Below, piece after piece: positions 24,810 to 38,333 of a DNA stretch of 64,000 nt. Each line of letters starts with the position of its first letter. Within the stretch, counting starts at the first letter, position 1. The translations under genes were made by a program, and so were the position numbers. A model generated the notes under the pieces. The model was not told the DNA's origin. It searched no databases and saw only the letters and a program-made list of their open reading frames with translations. Source of the stretch: Squalus acanthias (Eukaryota); the NCBI GenBank assembly GCA_030390025.1, contig CM059432.1, positions 64,172,001 to 64,236,000 on the forward strand. The letters are read 5' to 3'.

Positions 24810-27800
24810 GGCTGAAATAGGGCTTTAACCTAAATAATGGAGTGGGGAGGGTTCAGGTCAGGGGAAATTTAGAAATCCAAAGAGAAAAGTCAAGGCAATG
24901 GAGCAGTGTAGCGATTTGGGTAAAGATAAGCAGCGTGTGACAGGAAGGGACAGAGAGTTTAACGGCAATAGTGCATCAGCGAATAAGGTGAAAGCAGGGA
25001 ATAATGGTAAAAATTTAAAATTAAAGGCTCTTTATCTGAATACATGAAGCATTCGTAACAAGATAGATAAATTAATGGCACAAATAGACATAAATGGGTT
25101 TGATCTAATAGCCATTACAGAGATGTGATTTCAAGGTGACCAAGGTTGGGAACTAAATATTCCAGGGTATTTGATGTTTCAAAATGACAGGTAGAATGGA
25201 AAAGGAGGGGGGTAGCCCTGATAATAAAGGATGACATAAGGACAGTAGTGAGGAAGGATCTTGGCTCGGAAGATCAGGAAGTAGAATCGGAATGGGTGGA
25301 GATAAGAAATAACAAGGGGCAGAAAACACTGATGGGAGTAGTTTATAGGCCCCTTAACAGCAGCTATACTGTTGGACAGAGTATTAACCAAGAAATAATA
25401 AGAGCTTGTAACAAAGGTAATGCAAGAATCGTGGGGGACTTTAATTTTCATATAGACTGGACTAATCAAATTGGCAAAGGTAGTCTGGAGGACGAGTTCA
25501 TGGAGTGCATTCGAGACAGTTTCCTAGAACAATACATTGTGGAAGCAACCATGGAACAGGTTATTTTACATCTTGTATTGTGTAATTAGAGAGGGTTAAT
25601 TAGTAATCTCATAATAAAGGATCCTCTGGGGAAGAGTGATCATAATATGATAGAATTTTATGTTGAGTTTGAGTGACATACTTTAGTCTGAAACCAGAGT
25701 CTTAAACATAAAACAAATTACATAGGTATGATGGGCGAGTTGGCTAAGGTAGACTGGAAAATTAGGTTAAAAGGATGGTGGTAGATAAGCAGTGGCAAAC
25801 ATTTAAAGAAATATTCTAAAATTCTCAATGAATATACATTCCATTGAGAAATAAAAATTCCATGTGGAAAGTGATTAATCCGTGGCTAACTAAAGAAGTT
25901 AAGGATAGTATTAAATTAAAAGAAGAGGCTTATAATGTTGCAAAAAATAGTAGTAAGCCTGAGGATTGGGTGAGCTTTAGAAACCAGCAAAGGATGACCA
26001 AAAAAAATTGATTAGGGAGAAAATAGAATATGAGAGTAAACTAGCAAGAAATATAAAAACAGACTGTAAGAGCTTCTACAAGTATGTAAAAAGGAAGAGA
26101 GTAGCAAAGGTCAGTGCTGGTCCCTTAAAAGTTGAGACAGGAGAAATTATAATGGGGAATAAGGAAATGGCAGAGACTTTAAACAAATGTTGTATATCTG
26201 TCTTCACAGTAGAAGACACAAAAAGCATACCAAATATAATGGGAACTAAGGGGCTAATAAGATTGAGGAACTTAAAGTAATTAAGATCAGTATAAAAAAA
26301 GTACTTGAGAAACTAATGGGACGAAAAGCTGACAAATCCCCTGGACCTGATGGTCTACATCCTAGGGTTCTAAAAGAGGTGGCTGCAGAGATAGTGGATG
26401 CATTGGTTAAGATCTTCCAAAATTCCCTAGATTCTAGAATGGTCCCAGCGGACTGGGAGGTAACAAATGTAACCCCGCCATTCAAGAAAGGAGAAAAAAA
26501 ATGGAACAACAGGCCAGTTAGCAGGACATCAGTCATTGGAGAAATGCTGGAATCCATTATTAAGGAAGTTGTAACAGGGCACTTAGAAAATTATAATATG
26601 ATTAGGCAGAGTCAACATGGTTTTATGAAAGGGAATCATGTTTAACAAATTTATTACAGTTTTTTGAGGATGTAACTAGCAGGGTAGATAAAGGGGAACC
26701 CTTGGCTGTAGTATATTTGGATTTCCAAAAGGCTAAAAAATAAAGTGCCACATAAAAGGTTGTTATGCAAGATAAGGACTCATGGGGTTGGGGGTAATAT
26801 ATTAGCGTGGATAGAGAATTATTTAACAGACAGAAAACAGAGTGTAGGGATAAACGTATCATTTTCAGGTTGGTAGGCTGTAATTAGTGGGGTGCCGCAA
26901 GGATCAGTGCTTGGGCCTCAGCTATTTATAATTTATATTAATGATTTACATGAAGGGCCCGAGTGTAATGTATCTAAGTTTGCTGATGATACAAAGCTAG
27001 GTGGGAAAGTAAGCTGTGAGGAGAACACAAACAGCCTGCAAAGGAATATAGACAGGTTAAGTGAATGAGTAATAAGGTGGCAGATGGAGTATAATGTGGG
27101 GAAATGTGTGATTATTCAATTGGTAGGAAGAATAGAAAAATAGAATATTTTTTAAATGGTGAGAAACTATTCAATGTTGGTGTTCAGAGAGATTTAGGTG
27201 TCCTTGTACAGGAATCACAGAGTTAGCATGCAGGTACAGCAAGCAATTAGGAAGGCAAATGGCATGTTGGCCTTTATTGCAAGGGAGTGGGAGTACAAGA
27301 GTAAGGAAGTCTTGCTACAATTGTACAGGGCCTTGGTGAGACCACACCTGGAGTACTGTGCACAATTTTGGCCTCCTTATCTGAGGAAGGATATACTTGC
27401 CTTAGAGGCGGTGCAACAAAGGTTCACTAGATTGATTCCTGGGATGAGAGGGTTGTCCTATGAGGAGAGATTGAGTAGATTGAGCCTATACTCTCTGGAG
27501 TTTAGAAGAATGAGAGGTGATCTCATTGAAACATAAAATTCTGAGGGGGATTGACAGGGATCGCCTGGTTCCATTCCTATCTATCTAACCGTAGCCAGAG
27601 AATCACCTGCAATGGCTTCTCATCACACTCCCACATTGTTATCTCTGGTGTCCCCCAAGGATCTATCCTTGGCCTCTTCCTATTTCTCATCTACATGCTG
27701 CCCCTCGGCGACATCATCTGAAAACACAGCGTCACTTTCCACATGTACGCTGATGACACCCTCATCGCCACTTCTCTCGACCCCTCCACTGTCTCTAAAT

Positions 27801-29020
27801 TGTCAGACTGCTTGTCTGACATCCAGTATTGAATGAGCAGAAATTTCCTCCAATTAAATATTGGGAAGACTGAAGACATTGTCTTCGGTCCCCGCCACAA
27901 ACTCTGCTCCCTATGCACTGACTCCATCTCTCTCCCTAGCATCTGTCTGTGGCTTAACCAGACCGTTCAAAAATGTGGTTTCATATTTGACCCTGAAATG
28001 AGCTTCCAACCACATATCCGCGCCATAACTAAGACCGCCTTTTTCCACCTCCGTAACATCGCCCGTCTCCGCCCCTGCCTCAGCTCATCTGCTGCTGAAA
28101 CCCTCATCCATGCCTTTTTTACCTCTAGACTTGACTATTCCAATGCACTCCTGGCTGGCCTCCCACGTTCTACCCTACGTAAGCTTGAGGTGATCCAAAC
28201 ACGCACCAAGTCCCGTTCACCCATCACCCCTGTGCTTGCTGACCTACATTGGCTCCTAGTTAAGCAATGCCTCGATTTTAAAATTCTCATCCTTGTTTTC
28301 AAATCCTTCCATGGCCTCGCCCCTCCCTATCTCTGTAATCTCCTCCAGCCTCACTACCCTCCGAGATATCTGCGCTCCTCTAATTCTGGCCTCTTGAGCA
28401 TCCCTGATTTTAATTGCTCAATCATTGGTGGCCGTGCCTTCAGCTGTCGAGACCCTAAGCTCTGGCATTCCCTCCCTAAACCTCTCCGCCTCTCTACTTC
28501 TCTTTCCTCCTTTAAGACGCTCCTTAAAACCTACCTCTTTGACCAAGCATTTGGTCATCTGCCCTAATTTCTGCTTATGTGGCTCTGTGTCAAATTTTGT
28601 TTTATAATACTCCTGTGAAGTGCCTTGGAGCGTTTTACTACGTTAGAAGGCGCTATATAAATACAAGTTGTTGTTGCGGATGCTGAGAGGTTGTTTCCCT
28701 TGGCTGGAGATCTAGAACTAGGGGTCATAGTCTCAGGATAAGGAGTTGGCCATTTAATACTGAGATGAGGAGGAATTTCTTCACTCAGAGGGTTGTGAAT
28801 TTAGAATTCTCTACCCCAAAAGGCTGTGAATGCTGAATTGCTGATTATATTCAAAGCTGAGATAGATAGATTTTTGGTCTTTAGGGGAATCAAGGGATAT
28901 GGGGATTAGGCGGGAAAGTGGAGTTGAGGTCGAAGATCAGCCATGATCTTATTGAATGGCGGAGCAAGCTCGAAGGGGCTGAATGGCCTACTCCTGCTCC
29001 TTATTCTTACACTCTTATGT
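24810..29020 (+). mobile_element. Near-complete decayed CR1 ORF2 plus 3' UTR, interrupted by L2
   Basis: [31 protein letters not shown]; resumes at 28678 with a ggat duplication. Confidence 0.93.
27561..28677 (+). mobile_element. 5'-truncated L2 LINE
   Basis: NFLQLNIGKTE, FHLRNIARLR, SRLDYSNALL, LHWL, FKTLLKTYLF (ORF 27833-28567); ggcgctatataaatacaa(gtt)n tail. Confidence 0.93.
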
Positions 29021-29093
29021 ATCTATAAAACGGTGCCTTCTCTCCCTGAGTCATTACAGAAATGTTTGCAGTTCCTAGCTAATCAAAGCATCT

Positions 29094-29699
29094 TTTCTCA
29101 CTCAATAACACCCAAAGCTATAGCAATTTGCTGAATAAAGAGCTAGATTTGCCTCTCAGTGCTATTTCAGGTGTTTGACTGCATCCTAATTATAATGCAA
29201 GGGTGATTTACAGGATTTCGTGCTGCTTCCTTCTTATTGGCTGGCTCACTGTATGGAAGAGATTTCCCACATTTTAACCCATACACTGAAAATAGCAAAA
29301 TTTTGTGTAAACCAACAGGGGAGAACTCTCCCAATAATGTTTAGTAACCCACAGTTATCCCTTGATTAGCAATTTGCAGGCACAATTTGCTCAGGCATCT
29401 TCACTGAGCACCATTATGTTTCTCCTTGCCACAATTAATGGTCACCCACTTAGGTTGCTAAGCTTGGCAGCATAGCTTTGCATCATTGGACAAAAAGAGG
29501 AGTTTAGACTGAGAAACTATGTACTCTGGTTTTGTTATTGTTGGGTAATTATACTCATGTATTCACATAGAGAATAATCGATATTTGTTCTTAGGACTTG
29601 CACTTAGGATGCAGTCAAACACCTGAAATAGCACTGAGGGGCAAATCTAGCTCTTTATTCACCAAATTGCTATAGCTTTGGGTGTTATTGAATGAGAAA
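29094..29699. repeat. 96 bp inverted repeat pair (29094-29189 and 29604-29699)
   Basis: Arms are reverse complements with about 3 mismatches; spacer about 414 bp. Confidence 0.9.
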
Positions 29700-29769
29700 T
29701 GCTGGCATGGCTGTATTCATTGCCCATCCCTAGTTGCCCTGAAAAGGTAGTGGTGGATGCTTCTCGCAC

Positions 29770-30544
29770 TTTACAGCAAACTGTAACTCACTCCAACTGC
29801 GTTCGCTGTTATTACCCCTTTGAAACTGACCACAGCTTCAGGATTTAGCGCATGTGCATCCTAACGCGGAAATCCTGAAGTTGCGGTCAATCATTCACTG
29901 CTCCGACACTGCCTGTGCTGTGGCCGCCCCCGCCCCCCCCCCCATCCCCATAGCCGGCAATCAGTGTAATCAGGGAATTCAGTGAAACTGACGAAAACTT
30001 GGGCTTTTCCGCGGTAATGTCGCTGTTAAATACCCCATTAAAATTTAGAGCTTGTTAGGGTTAGCTATAACTGGGGTTTTAGCAGCATATTGACTGCTAA
30101 ACAAACGTTATGGCCCTGAAAATATAATTTTGATTTTCTGGAGTATCACAGTCTTCACAATGATGAAAATTATAATTTAAGAAACTTAAAAAAAAAAATT
30201 ATATTTTTTTAAAGTTTCTTTATATTTATTTTAGGCTTACCATTTCCCAATGTGAGAGCCCCAATCTTTGTTTTGCTCTCTAACATTTTTAAAAAGTCAG
30301 TCTAAAAGGAGCTTCTTCACTTCCTGGTTGCCTGTCTGTGAGAATTCTGCATTGTGATTGGCTGCTTAGACAGCTTTGTTGACTTCACACCAGCTGTGGA
30401 ATTCCCACTAAACTGCACTGATCTCAATTGAACGTCGAAAAAGCCGAACTTCTCGCCACAGAGATCGCGAGATCTTTGTGGGAAGCTTTCTTCAGGGCCA
30501 GCGGCGAGCACCTTAGCTTCGCCGCTGACCGCAAATTACAGGCC
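29770..30544. mobile_element. Harbinger-type MITE, left end unclear
   Basis: Ends AAATTACAGGCC then aat; GC-rich ends and AT-rich core like 20761-21479. Confidence 0.5.
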
Positions 30545-30689
30545 AATGTTTGAAGTCTGTGACCATCCATCAAAACAATCGCTTTTTAGTGGTTGTTATT
30601 ACAACGGAGTGGTTTGCCACAGCACTTCAAAGAGCATTAAGGGGCAGTCACATAGCCTGGGACTGGAGTCATGTATATTCCAGACCGGG

Positions 30690-30858
30690 TAGGAACACAG
30701 GAACAGGAGTAGGCCGTTCAACCCCTCGAGCCTGTTCCACCATTCAATTAGATCATGGCTGATCGGTGTCTCAACTCTATTTACCCGCCTTGGTTCCATA
30801 TCCCTTAATATTCTTGCCTAACAAAAATCTATCAATCTCAGTTTTGAAATTTTCAGCT
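30690..30858 (-). mobile_element. CR1 3' end fragment
   Basis: Very similar to 5021-5185. Confidence 0.8.
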
Positions 30859-31943
30859 GAACTAGCGAACCAGTTTATGACAAGATGGCAGCTTTCATGG
30901 TCATTTTATTCTGATCCTAGGCCACAAGTTACCAGACTTATTGAATTCAATTTCACAATTTGCTATGGGAAATGGGGAAGAAAGAGGGAATTGAACTCAC
31001 GAGCAGCACCATAGCCACTATCCTACTGTACCCGCCAACGTGATAGTCTCATTGAGGGGTTTTGGATAATGTCATGGACTGTGAATGAAAAGCTAAAACT
31101 ATGGCAATCTGAAGATGAAATTGGAATCTGATCACTGCCAGGTAGCCATTGCCATTTTATAATATATTCTGTGAAGTTCATGTGGTCATTTTAGTCAGTT
31201 TGGGTCTGTTGGCTTTGTGACAGCAACTGTCATAGCCAGTATGTACCAAGTTAATATGTGGTGATGGCCGCACTGAAGTATTAACAGCTCTCATATAATC
31301 ACTGCATATTTATTAGGTGATGATTGACAGTTCAATACTGAAAATAGTACCATAGTCTGAACATTACTGAAACACCACTTTTCAAGCCTATTTATTAGGC
31401 AGTCCCACTGGAAATTAAATACTCCCATTTATCATTCTGACTTTAGCAAGCCCAATCCATTAGTCCTTATTAATTGGTGCATTAGAATTGACCTGAGAAT
31501 CTCCACATGTTCATTGCAATATACTTTAAACACCTCAAAATAACTAGGCAAGCAAAAGCCTTTCTTCCAAGTTTACAAGCAACCTAGATAGTTACGAATG
31601 CATCAAATGAAATAAATCTCTCACTTTCAATTTTAGCTGAACATATTTTCTCCTTTCAGTTGTCACCATACATTTTATAATAGAGTGGACTTGGTCATTA
31701 AAGCAAACAGTATATAAGCTCTCCCAATGGCTTAGTGGATGAAGGCACTGCCAAGTACGGAGCAAAATAGATCAGAAAACCCTAGCTTTGATCCCCTGCC
31801 TGTGCTGGTTTAGCTGATATCAGATGGTGGAGCAACAAGGGGTGCTACAACTGGCCTCAGTACTGAGAGGTTAGGAAGCAGAAGAATCCGACAGGAGTTC
31901 CCACTTTTGAAAGCTGTCCAGTGACTCCTGCTGGAGAGTTCAC

Positions 31944-32627
31944 GGGCTGGATTTTCATTGACCCGTGGAGGTGGGTTTGGAGGCGTGTGGGGGGTTAAAA
32001 TTGCGAAAACTGGTGGGCGGGCACAAGTCCGCCTCCATCCCGCCTCCACGCAATTTTCATTAAATCGTGTCTGCTGGTCCTGACTCCGTCCCGCCTTTAA
32101 GAGGCGGGATAGGTTGTTAAGGCCCTTAACAAGCACTAAATTGGCTCTATAATGCCATTTTGAAAGACCTTTGTGATTTTAACCCTTGTTCTACGTGAAG
32201 CACGCCTGTTCTGAACCACGATTGTGAAACCTGGCGGGAGCACATTTGGATATGGATAGTGCTGGCTGGCTGTGGGGATGCATATGTGGATGGATGTATA
32301 TATGGATGGAGAGGAGACATATATGGGAGTGGTGGTGTAAAAATATCTGGGAGCAGACTTAGGGCTGCTGCTGCTTATTTTGCAGGTCCTCTCACAGCAA
32401 AGGCCAGGCAGTCTTTGCAGACCTTCAATGCAGCAGCAATGATGACATCATCAGAGGCGACTTTCAGACTGAAAACACTAATTGGTTCATGGGTTCCCAC
32501 ATGCTGGAACTCAATAGCCCAATTAGGTGAAAATTGCATCAATCTCCCACATCCAATTGCAGTCGGGTGGATAACACGAAAAGTGGATGACACGACCCCA
32601 ACCCGTCCCAGTATCAAAATCCAGCCC
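31944..32627. mobile_element. Harbinger-type MITE
   Basis: Perfect 12 bp TIR GGGCTGGATTTT / AAAATCCAGCCC; 3 bp TSD CAC. Confidence 0.88.
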
Positions 32628-32709
32628 CACGTGTGTAAACATCAGGTGAGAACAGAATTGGGCTCTACTGTGATGCCCTCCAGAGTCAAATAGCTTGCTG
32701 AACCTCACT

Positions 32710-33553
32710 GGGGGCGATTTTGTCAATGGGGGCGTGTTGGAGGCGGGACTGCTACTTGTCGGGTTTTAGGCCCGCCTCCATCGACTTGTGGCCAACCCAC
32801 GCTATTGTCCCTTGATTGACCTTGTTAAGCCCGCCCAGCGGGCTTAGCAGACCAATTAAGGGGAAGCCGGTTACAGAGAACGTCAGTGTATGACGTTTCA
32901 TCTGTCAAAAATTTTTGACAGATGAATTGTCATCGTTTGACAGCTCTGTGAAGCTGTCAAACACTGACATTCTCTGTTGTTTGATGAGTTCTTGTACTCA
33001 AGACTCATCAAACCTCTTTTGTGAGCAGAAATCAGATGGATGTTGCATCGGAGAATGCAGCAGCTATCTGTCATCTCTGCCAGTGAGATGCGAGAGTCTT
33101 CGGTTCCCCAACTGTTGAAGCCTGCAGGAAGAAACAAAGGTAAGTAAACATTTTCTATCACTTTTCACTCACCTCACACACTTACCTCTCCACACTTGCA
33201 CCCATCACTTACCTCCACAGCGCACTTTTGCACCCCTACAACCCCCGCAGACCCACTGCTCGCCTCGGTGACCCTGGCGGGGTTTCCCGACGTCGGGAAG
33301 CCCGCGCCTCTGGTGGAAAAATGGGATAATCCTCTTAACTGCCTGCTAACTACCTGTTAATAGGCAGTTAAATAGCTGTAATCCCCTTCCCGCCTCCAGG
33401 AGATGGAACCCGGCGTGGGTCGGCTACCCGCTTCCTGGGAAGATGGCACGGAGGCGGGTTGGGGGCAGGATGGGCACCCGCCCCCAGATTCTGCCATTTT
33501 CCCGGCAGTCCCGCCTCCATACCCGCCTCCCCAGGGCTGGCAAGATCGTGCCC
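32710..33553 (+). mobile_element. Harbinger-type MITE
   Basis: Imperfect TIRs GGGGGCGATTTTG / CAAGATCGTGCCC; TSD ACT; further copies at 14597 and 43255. Confidence 0.85.
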
Positions 33554-35579
33554 ACTGTCTAGGATCATACATGAAGAATGGCTACTCGGGCAAAGTACCA
33601 GAGAGCTGCAGGCACCTGTGGCGCTCTACCTCAGCAAAAGTCGTTTCCTGCAATTGCGGAGGGGAAAAAATGGTAATAAAAATTGCAAATTTAACAGAAA
33701 TATAGCACAGTAGGGCCAAACCTGAGATCCTGTGCTTTTAATGGAGAGCCGTATGTGGAGGGAGTGCCTCACAGGGGCATGCGGGCATGCGGCTAGTGAC
33801 TTTCTACTCATTAATATGAATGGATGGAACATCACAGGCTGTGCGTCTGCAATTTCCCGCAATACGCTTCCTGCGCTCTCAGCTGCCAACTGTGAGCACG
33901 GGATCAGCCCATATATTTTAATGTTCGATGAGCCCACTTACAGTGTTGTCAATTACCTCCAATGCGACTGTAGCCAGGTAACTGGCCTGATGACAAAACA
34001 CCCATAATTCTCAATGTATTCCGAATCTACATAAACACACCTTTTCTTTAATAGTTACACACACTATCCAAAAAATGAAGCTACTACTTTACCTACTGCA
34101 TATTATAATGTTGCATTATAATTAGCCCTTTCCATCAAACTAATGATTTACTATGAATAGACCATATCTGAAGCCTGGAGCAGATGCTGTCTTATCATGT
34201 TCAAGGTCTTCCTATTTTGTGATCAGTCTCAAATTGAAAGTAAAGGAAAGTTCACCTTTCTTTAAAATAATTGGTTTTGCAGCCAATACCTTTAGGTTGA
34301 CACCATGTTCTCGTTACATTTGACTTTGATTGTGTGAAACTCAGCTTGTAACTTTGGCATTTTTCAGTGATATTCTTTTCTCTGCTGTTTCTGTTGATTC
34401 AATAATTAACAAAATGTCCCAAAGGGGAATCATTATGCATATTATTTGGCAGCAAGTATTTTCCTGTCAGTGACAGTATTTTCCAATCGATTACTTCAGT
34501 TAAAACACCCTACCTAAGCTATTTTCAGCTTCCTTAAAAACCAGCCGACTATTGAATTGACAGGTACTGATGGAAGGACTGTTTTGGTCCTTGTGAACGT
34601 TGATTGCAATGATGCAATTCAGAGCTTCGTCTCTGAAGAGCTAACCAATATGATAAGAGCACTATAGCGGAAAATTGGGTGGCATGTAAAATATTTATCC
34701 AGCAGCAAAATCTGGTTAACTGTTGTTTTCAATCGTGGATACTAGACCCCACAAGTTCACAGGTCAATTCTCCTGATGTTTGCCCCCTGGGAATGCCATT
34801 TTTCCTTCATGCAAAGGTTAGGAAAAAGGGGCGGAGACCTGGCAAAACATTGCCCTGCGATTAGTGGGACTTTCTCGGGGATGTGCAGCTGGCCCAATGC
34901 CTGCAGTAGATGCAGAGCTATTGCAGAGATGCAAATGAGATAGGAGTGGAGGCGATCCTGGCCTCCCAGCACATTTTCCTGTTGCAACATTCACTAAGTG
35001 CCCCAGTGGAGGGACACCCAGTCACATGTGGTTCTATGGTTTGCCCCTAGACCCCTGCCAAACAGAGGGTCAAGCAGGGGTCCCAGGAGCAGGCCAAAGA
35101 ATTGCAAGTGAGTGCTCCATTGTTGTAACGCCCCCATCCAGGATGTTTGCAGGCATTGGTTGGAATTCAGCATCCAAAAGACTCCAATCTCAGAGGCCCA
35201 TTGCGCGCATACGTTTTACAGATGCAAGGCCCAGACAGGGCAAGCCTGGGCCATGTTAACGTACTGGAGTAGGAAATAGCGGAGCTCCTACGCCTGGATA
35301 GGAGCAGTACCCTGGTATCTGGTTAGTCGGGTGTTCCATTTCATTCTAACAATCTAGAATAATCCTGTAGTATTTGAACTGGAATTAAGACACGAGGGAT
35401 CATTTTAAAGGGTCTGCACTCCTGGCCGGGAGCCTAGCCCACTGGGAGCACATGTTGGAAATTCAAGTGCGCACTGCTCGTGATTTTCCAACCCTTTGTG
35501 GTTGGAAAATTGTGGTCAGTGTATTCTTGAATTTCTGATATGTGCTGCTAATGGGCACATCTCTCTCCCGGCAGCACAG

Positions 35580-35950
35580 ACTTCTAAAATTCCAAGCTGC
35601 CACTAGGGACATCACTAACATTAACCAATCAGCTATGCACAGATGCATCAAGCCAGTCATGGATGCATTGCTTGCATGATTTGCAAATAATTTTATCTCC
35701 TTTCCCACATACAACTGACGGCAGCACAAGTGGGCACTGCAATTTTACAAAGTGGCAGGAGTTCAGAAGGTCCATGAATCACAACCACATGGTCCTACGT
35801 GCTCCCTTGCACAACACTGCTAACTAGATGGACAAGAAAGGATTCCAGTCTCTCAATACGCTGTTCATTTGCAAACATCAGCACTGCATTAATCAAATAA
35901 GGCTTGCTTCTCTGGAATCTATTGTGGTGTTTCTGTTGTAGGGCAATAGA
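35580..35950 (+). pseudogene. Decayed Harbinger transposase
   Basis: Manual translation FQAATRDITNINQSAMHRCIKPVMDAL...NFISFP...KKGFQSLN parallels 37300-37600. Confidence 0.7.
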
Positions 35951-36099
35951 CTCTGCTCACCCCTCTTTGACAATGCTCCCTCAATGGCATTCATGACGAG
36001 TGATTAAGCACTCTAACACAGGGGGGAATGGTAGTTGTAAGTGACAGCCATGCTTAGAACAGTGCATTCTTGGATGCTTTTGGTGGCTTCTCTTACTTT

Positions 36100-36285
36100 C
36101 CTTGACCTGGTAAGGTCTTTCTTCACTGCTAGGCTGTGCATGGGGTGGTAGAATTAGCACTCACAGCCCTGGCCACCTCCTTCCATTGCCCTCAGCAGCT
36201 CTCTTTGGGATCTTGCGGCGCTCTGCACTGCCGTACTTCCTCCAAAAGCACTTCCATTGCTCCATCTGAAAACCTGGAGCTATTA
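36100..36285 (-). pseudogene. Decayed Harbinger Myb/SANT exon
   Basis: Manual translation FSDGAMEVLLEEV...WKEVARAVSA...DLTR; convergent with the transposase remnant. Confidence 0.65.
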
Positions 36286-36948
36286 ACCATACTGCAGACA
36301 TGCTGGATACACTTAATTCTCTGAACTTTCTATTGATCATCAAAAAAATAATTATGATGATGGCTTTTAAATCCTAGAGCAGCACACTATGTCCCACCCA
36401 AATCAATACTTGGAGTTTGCCCAAAAAATTATAATGAGACTCACCCTGGATAATAGTAGGGGAGAAATTGGGCTCTGTAGCACCCGGTCTTTTAGGTACT
36501 ACGTGGTCTCCTAATGCTTGAAAATGGCATCTGAGATGCGCATGCACACTTCCGATGAAAAGCACGCTGGCCGCCATCTTGGTAAAGGGGTTTGTGACTA
36601 CTGGCAGCATGCAGAGAAGGCAGATCATGAAGTCAATCAGTCTGTAACGCTGCTTTGACGCCACGCTGCCATTTTTGAACTCTATGCTCCAGCCTACACC
36701 CTGTCTTAAGCTCGTACAGCTGAACACTTGTTAAATAAAATGAAGGACCCCCTCCCACCAGCTCTATTTAAAGGGATCATGAACTACTTACAGATTAGTT
36801 GCTGGATTATTTCTTTTGGCTGCTGGTACAATTGTACGCAATTTTGGAGCTTTCCTATACTTGGCTAACATTTGAATCATCTACAGGGAGTAGTCTGGCT
36901 GGTGCTGAAGTACTTTTATGTTCATTTAAGAGCTTGTGCTGAAACATA

Positions 36949-37990
36949 TTGTTTCCAGATATGGGTGGGCTGGTAGGACTTTCTCTTGGAATTGAGCATG
37001 ACTGGGAGAAAGAAGAGAGGCCATGCAGAGCAGGACAAGCTGCTAGAAGAGGGAGGAGGAGGAGGGGGAGAAGGGCTCTCAGCAGGAAGCCATATCTGCA
37101 GAGTGTCTTTAGGGAGCAATTCTCTTACCTCAACTTCAGCGAAAACCAATGCTCGAGACGTCTTCACTTCACCAAAGATATTGTGACAGAAATCTGCCAA
37201 TTGCTGCAGCCACAACTGCAACCTCAAAGCAGGGCAAGGACATCATTGCCTGTGACTGTCAAGGTGACCGTGGCTCGTAACTTTTATGTGCCTGGCTCCT
37301 TCCAGACTGCTGCTGGAGATATAAGCAACATCTCAGTTTGCAGTACACTGCTGCATAAGGATGCCACTGAGGCTCTCTATACAGAGATAGACAGCTTCAT
37401 CTCATTCCCTCTTGCCAAAGACAACCAGGCAGAGCGAGCACGAGGATTTGCATGGATTGCAGGCTTCCCCAAGGTGGAGGGTGCCATTGACTGCATGCAC
37501 ATTGCATTGCATGTGCCTCATGTGAACTCAGCCATTTTCACGAACCGAAAGCGATTCCACCCCCTCAATGTGCAGCTGGTGTGTGACCACAGGCAACTCA
37601 TCATGCAGGTGAATGCCTGTTATCCTGGCAGTAGTCACGATTCCTTCATCCTGCGGCAGTCCTCTGTGCCACCTGTATTTGAACTACCACGGCAAGTCAC
37701 AGGCTGGCTGCTGGGCGACAAGGGTTATCCACTCATGACATGGCTCATGACTCCGGCCCAAAGCCCACGCACACATGCAAAACAACCCAAAATGAGAGCC
37801 ATGCCCCCACAAGGAACATTTTGAGCACACCATCGGCATCCTCAAGCAACGCTTCCACTGCCTGGACCGTTCTGGAGGAGCCCTACAGTACTCAGCTAAG
37901 TGGGTATCAAGATTTGTGGCAGTATAATGCATACTGCACAACTTCGCCATTATGAGGGAACAGCTCTTACCACCACCTATGAGAAACTGA
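36949..37990 (+). pseudogene. Harbinger (HARBI1-like) DDE transposase, frameshift near 37800
   Basis: GFPKVEGAIDCMHI, NVQLVCD, YPGSSHDSFIL, WLLGDKGYPL; then, in another frame, EHTIGILKQRFHCLDRSGGALQYS. Confidence 0.93.
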
Positions 37991-38333
37991 GGAGCAGAAG
38001 CACGAGGAAGAGGTCGAGGAGGAAGAGGAAGAGAGGCTACATGTAGACAGCCCCATTCTGTCAGGCTGTAAGTGATCAAATAATTCATGAGTGATACCAG
38101 TAACCTTAACCAAACCTCCCCATTCACCAACAGTCCCACACTCCTTACCCTTCCTCTATCACTGTTCATCACATCGTCCTCTTTCCAACAACACAATAAT
38201 AAAAACTACCAGAAAATGCACATTCTAATTTTATAAATTCAATCATGACATAATGCATACAAAAATAAACTAATCACCCTTGTGCATTCCCTTAGTGCCT
38301 GTCTTCCATGTGCCTTTGCCTCTCCTAGTGCTT

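Larger units (their letters stand above)
31718..33640 (+). mobile_element. Old tRNA-derived SINE in three pieces (31718-31943, 32628-32709, 33554-33640)
   Basis: A box tggcttagtgg, degenerate B box tttgatccc; body reads continuously once the two MITEs are removed. Confidence 0.6.

Noticed and set aside
34530..34667. Open frames on both strands with plausible splice sites (FLKNQPTIELTGTDGRTV...)
   Set aside because: No recognisable family and no partner exons; needs RNA-seq or homology evidence.
36949..37824. Domesticated HARBI1 host gene
   Set aside because: Frameshifted, lies between TIRs with a Myb partner, and has several decayed paralogues nearby.
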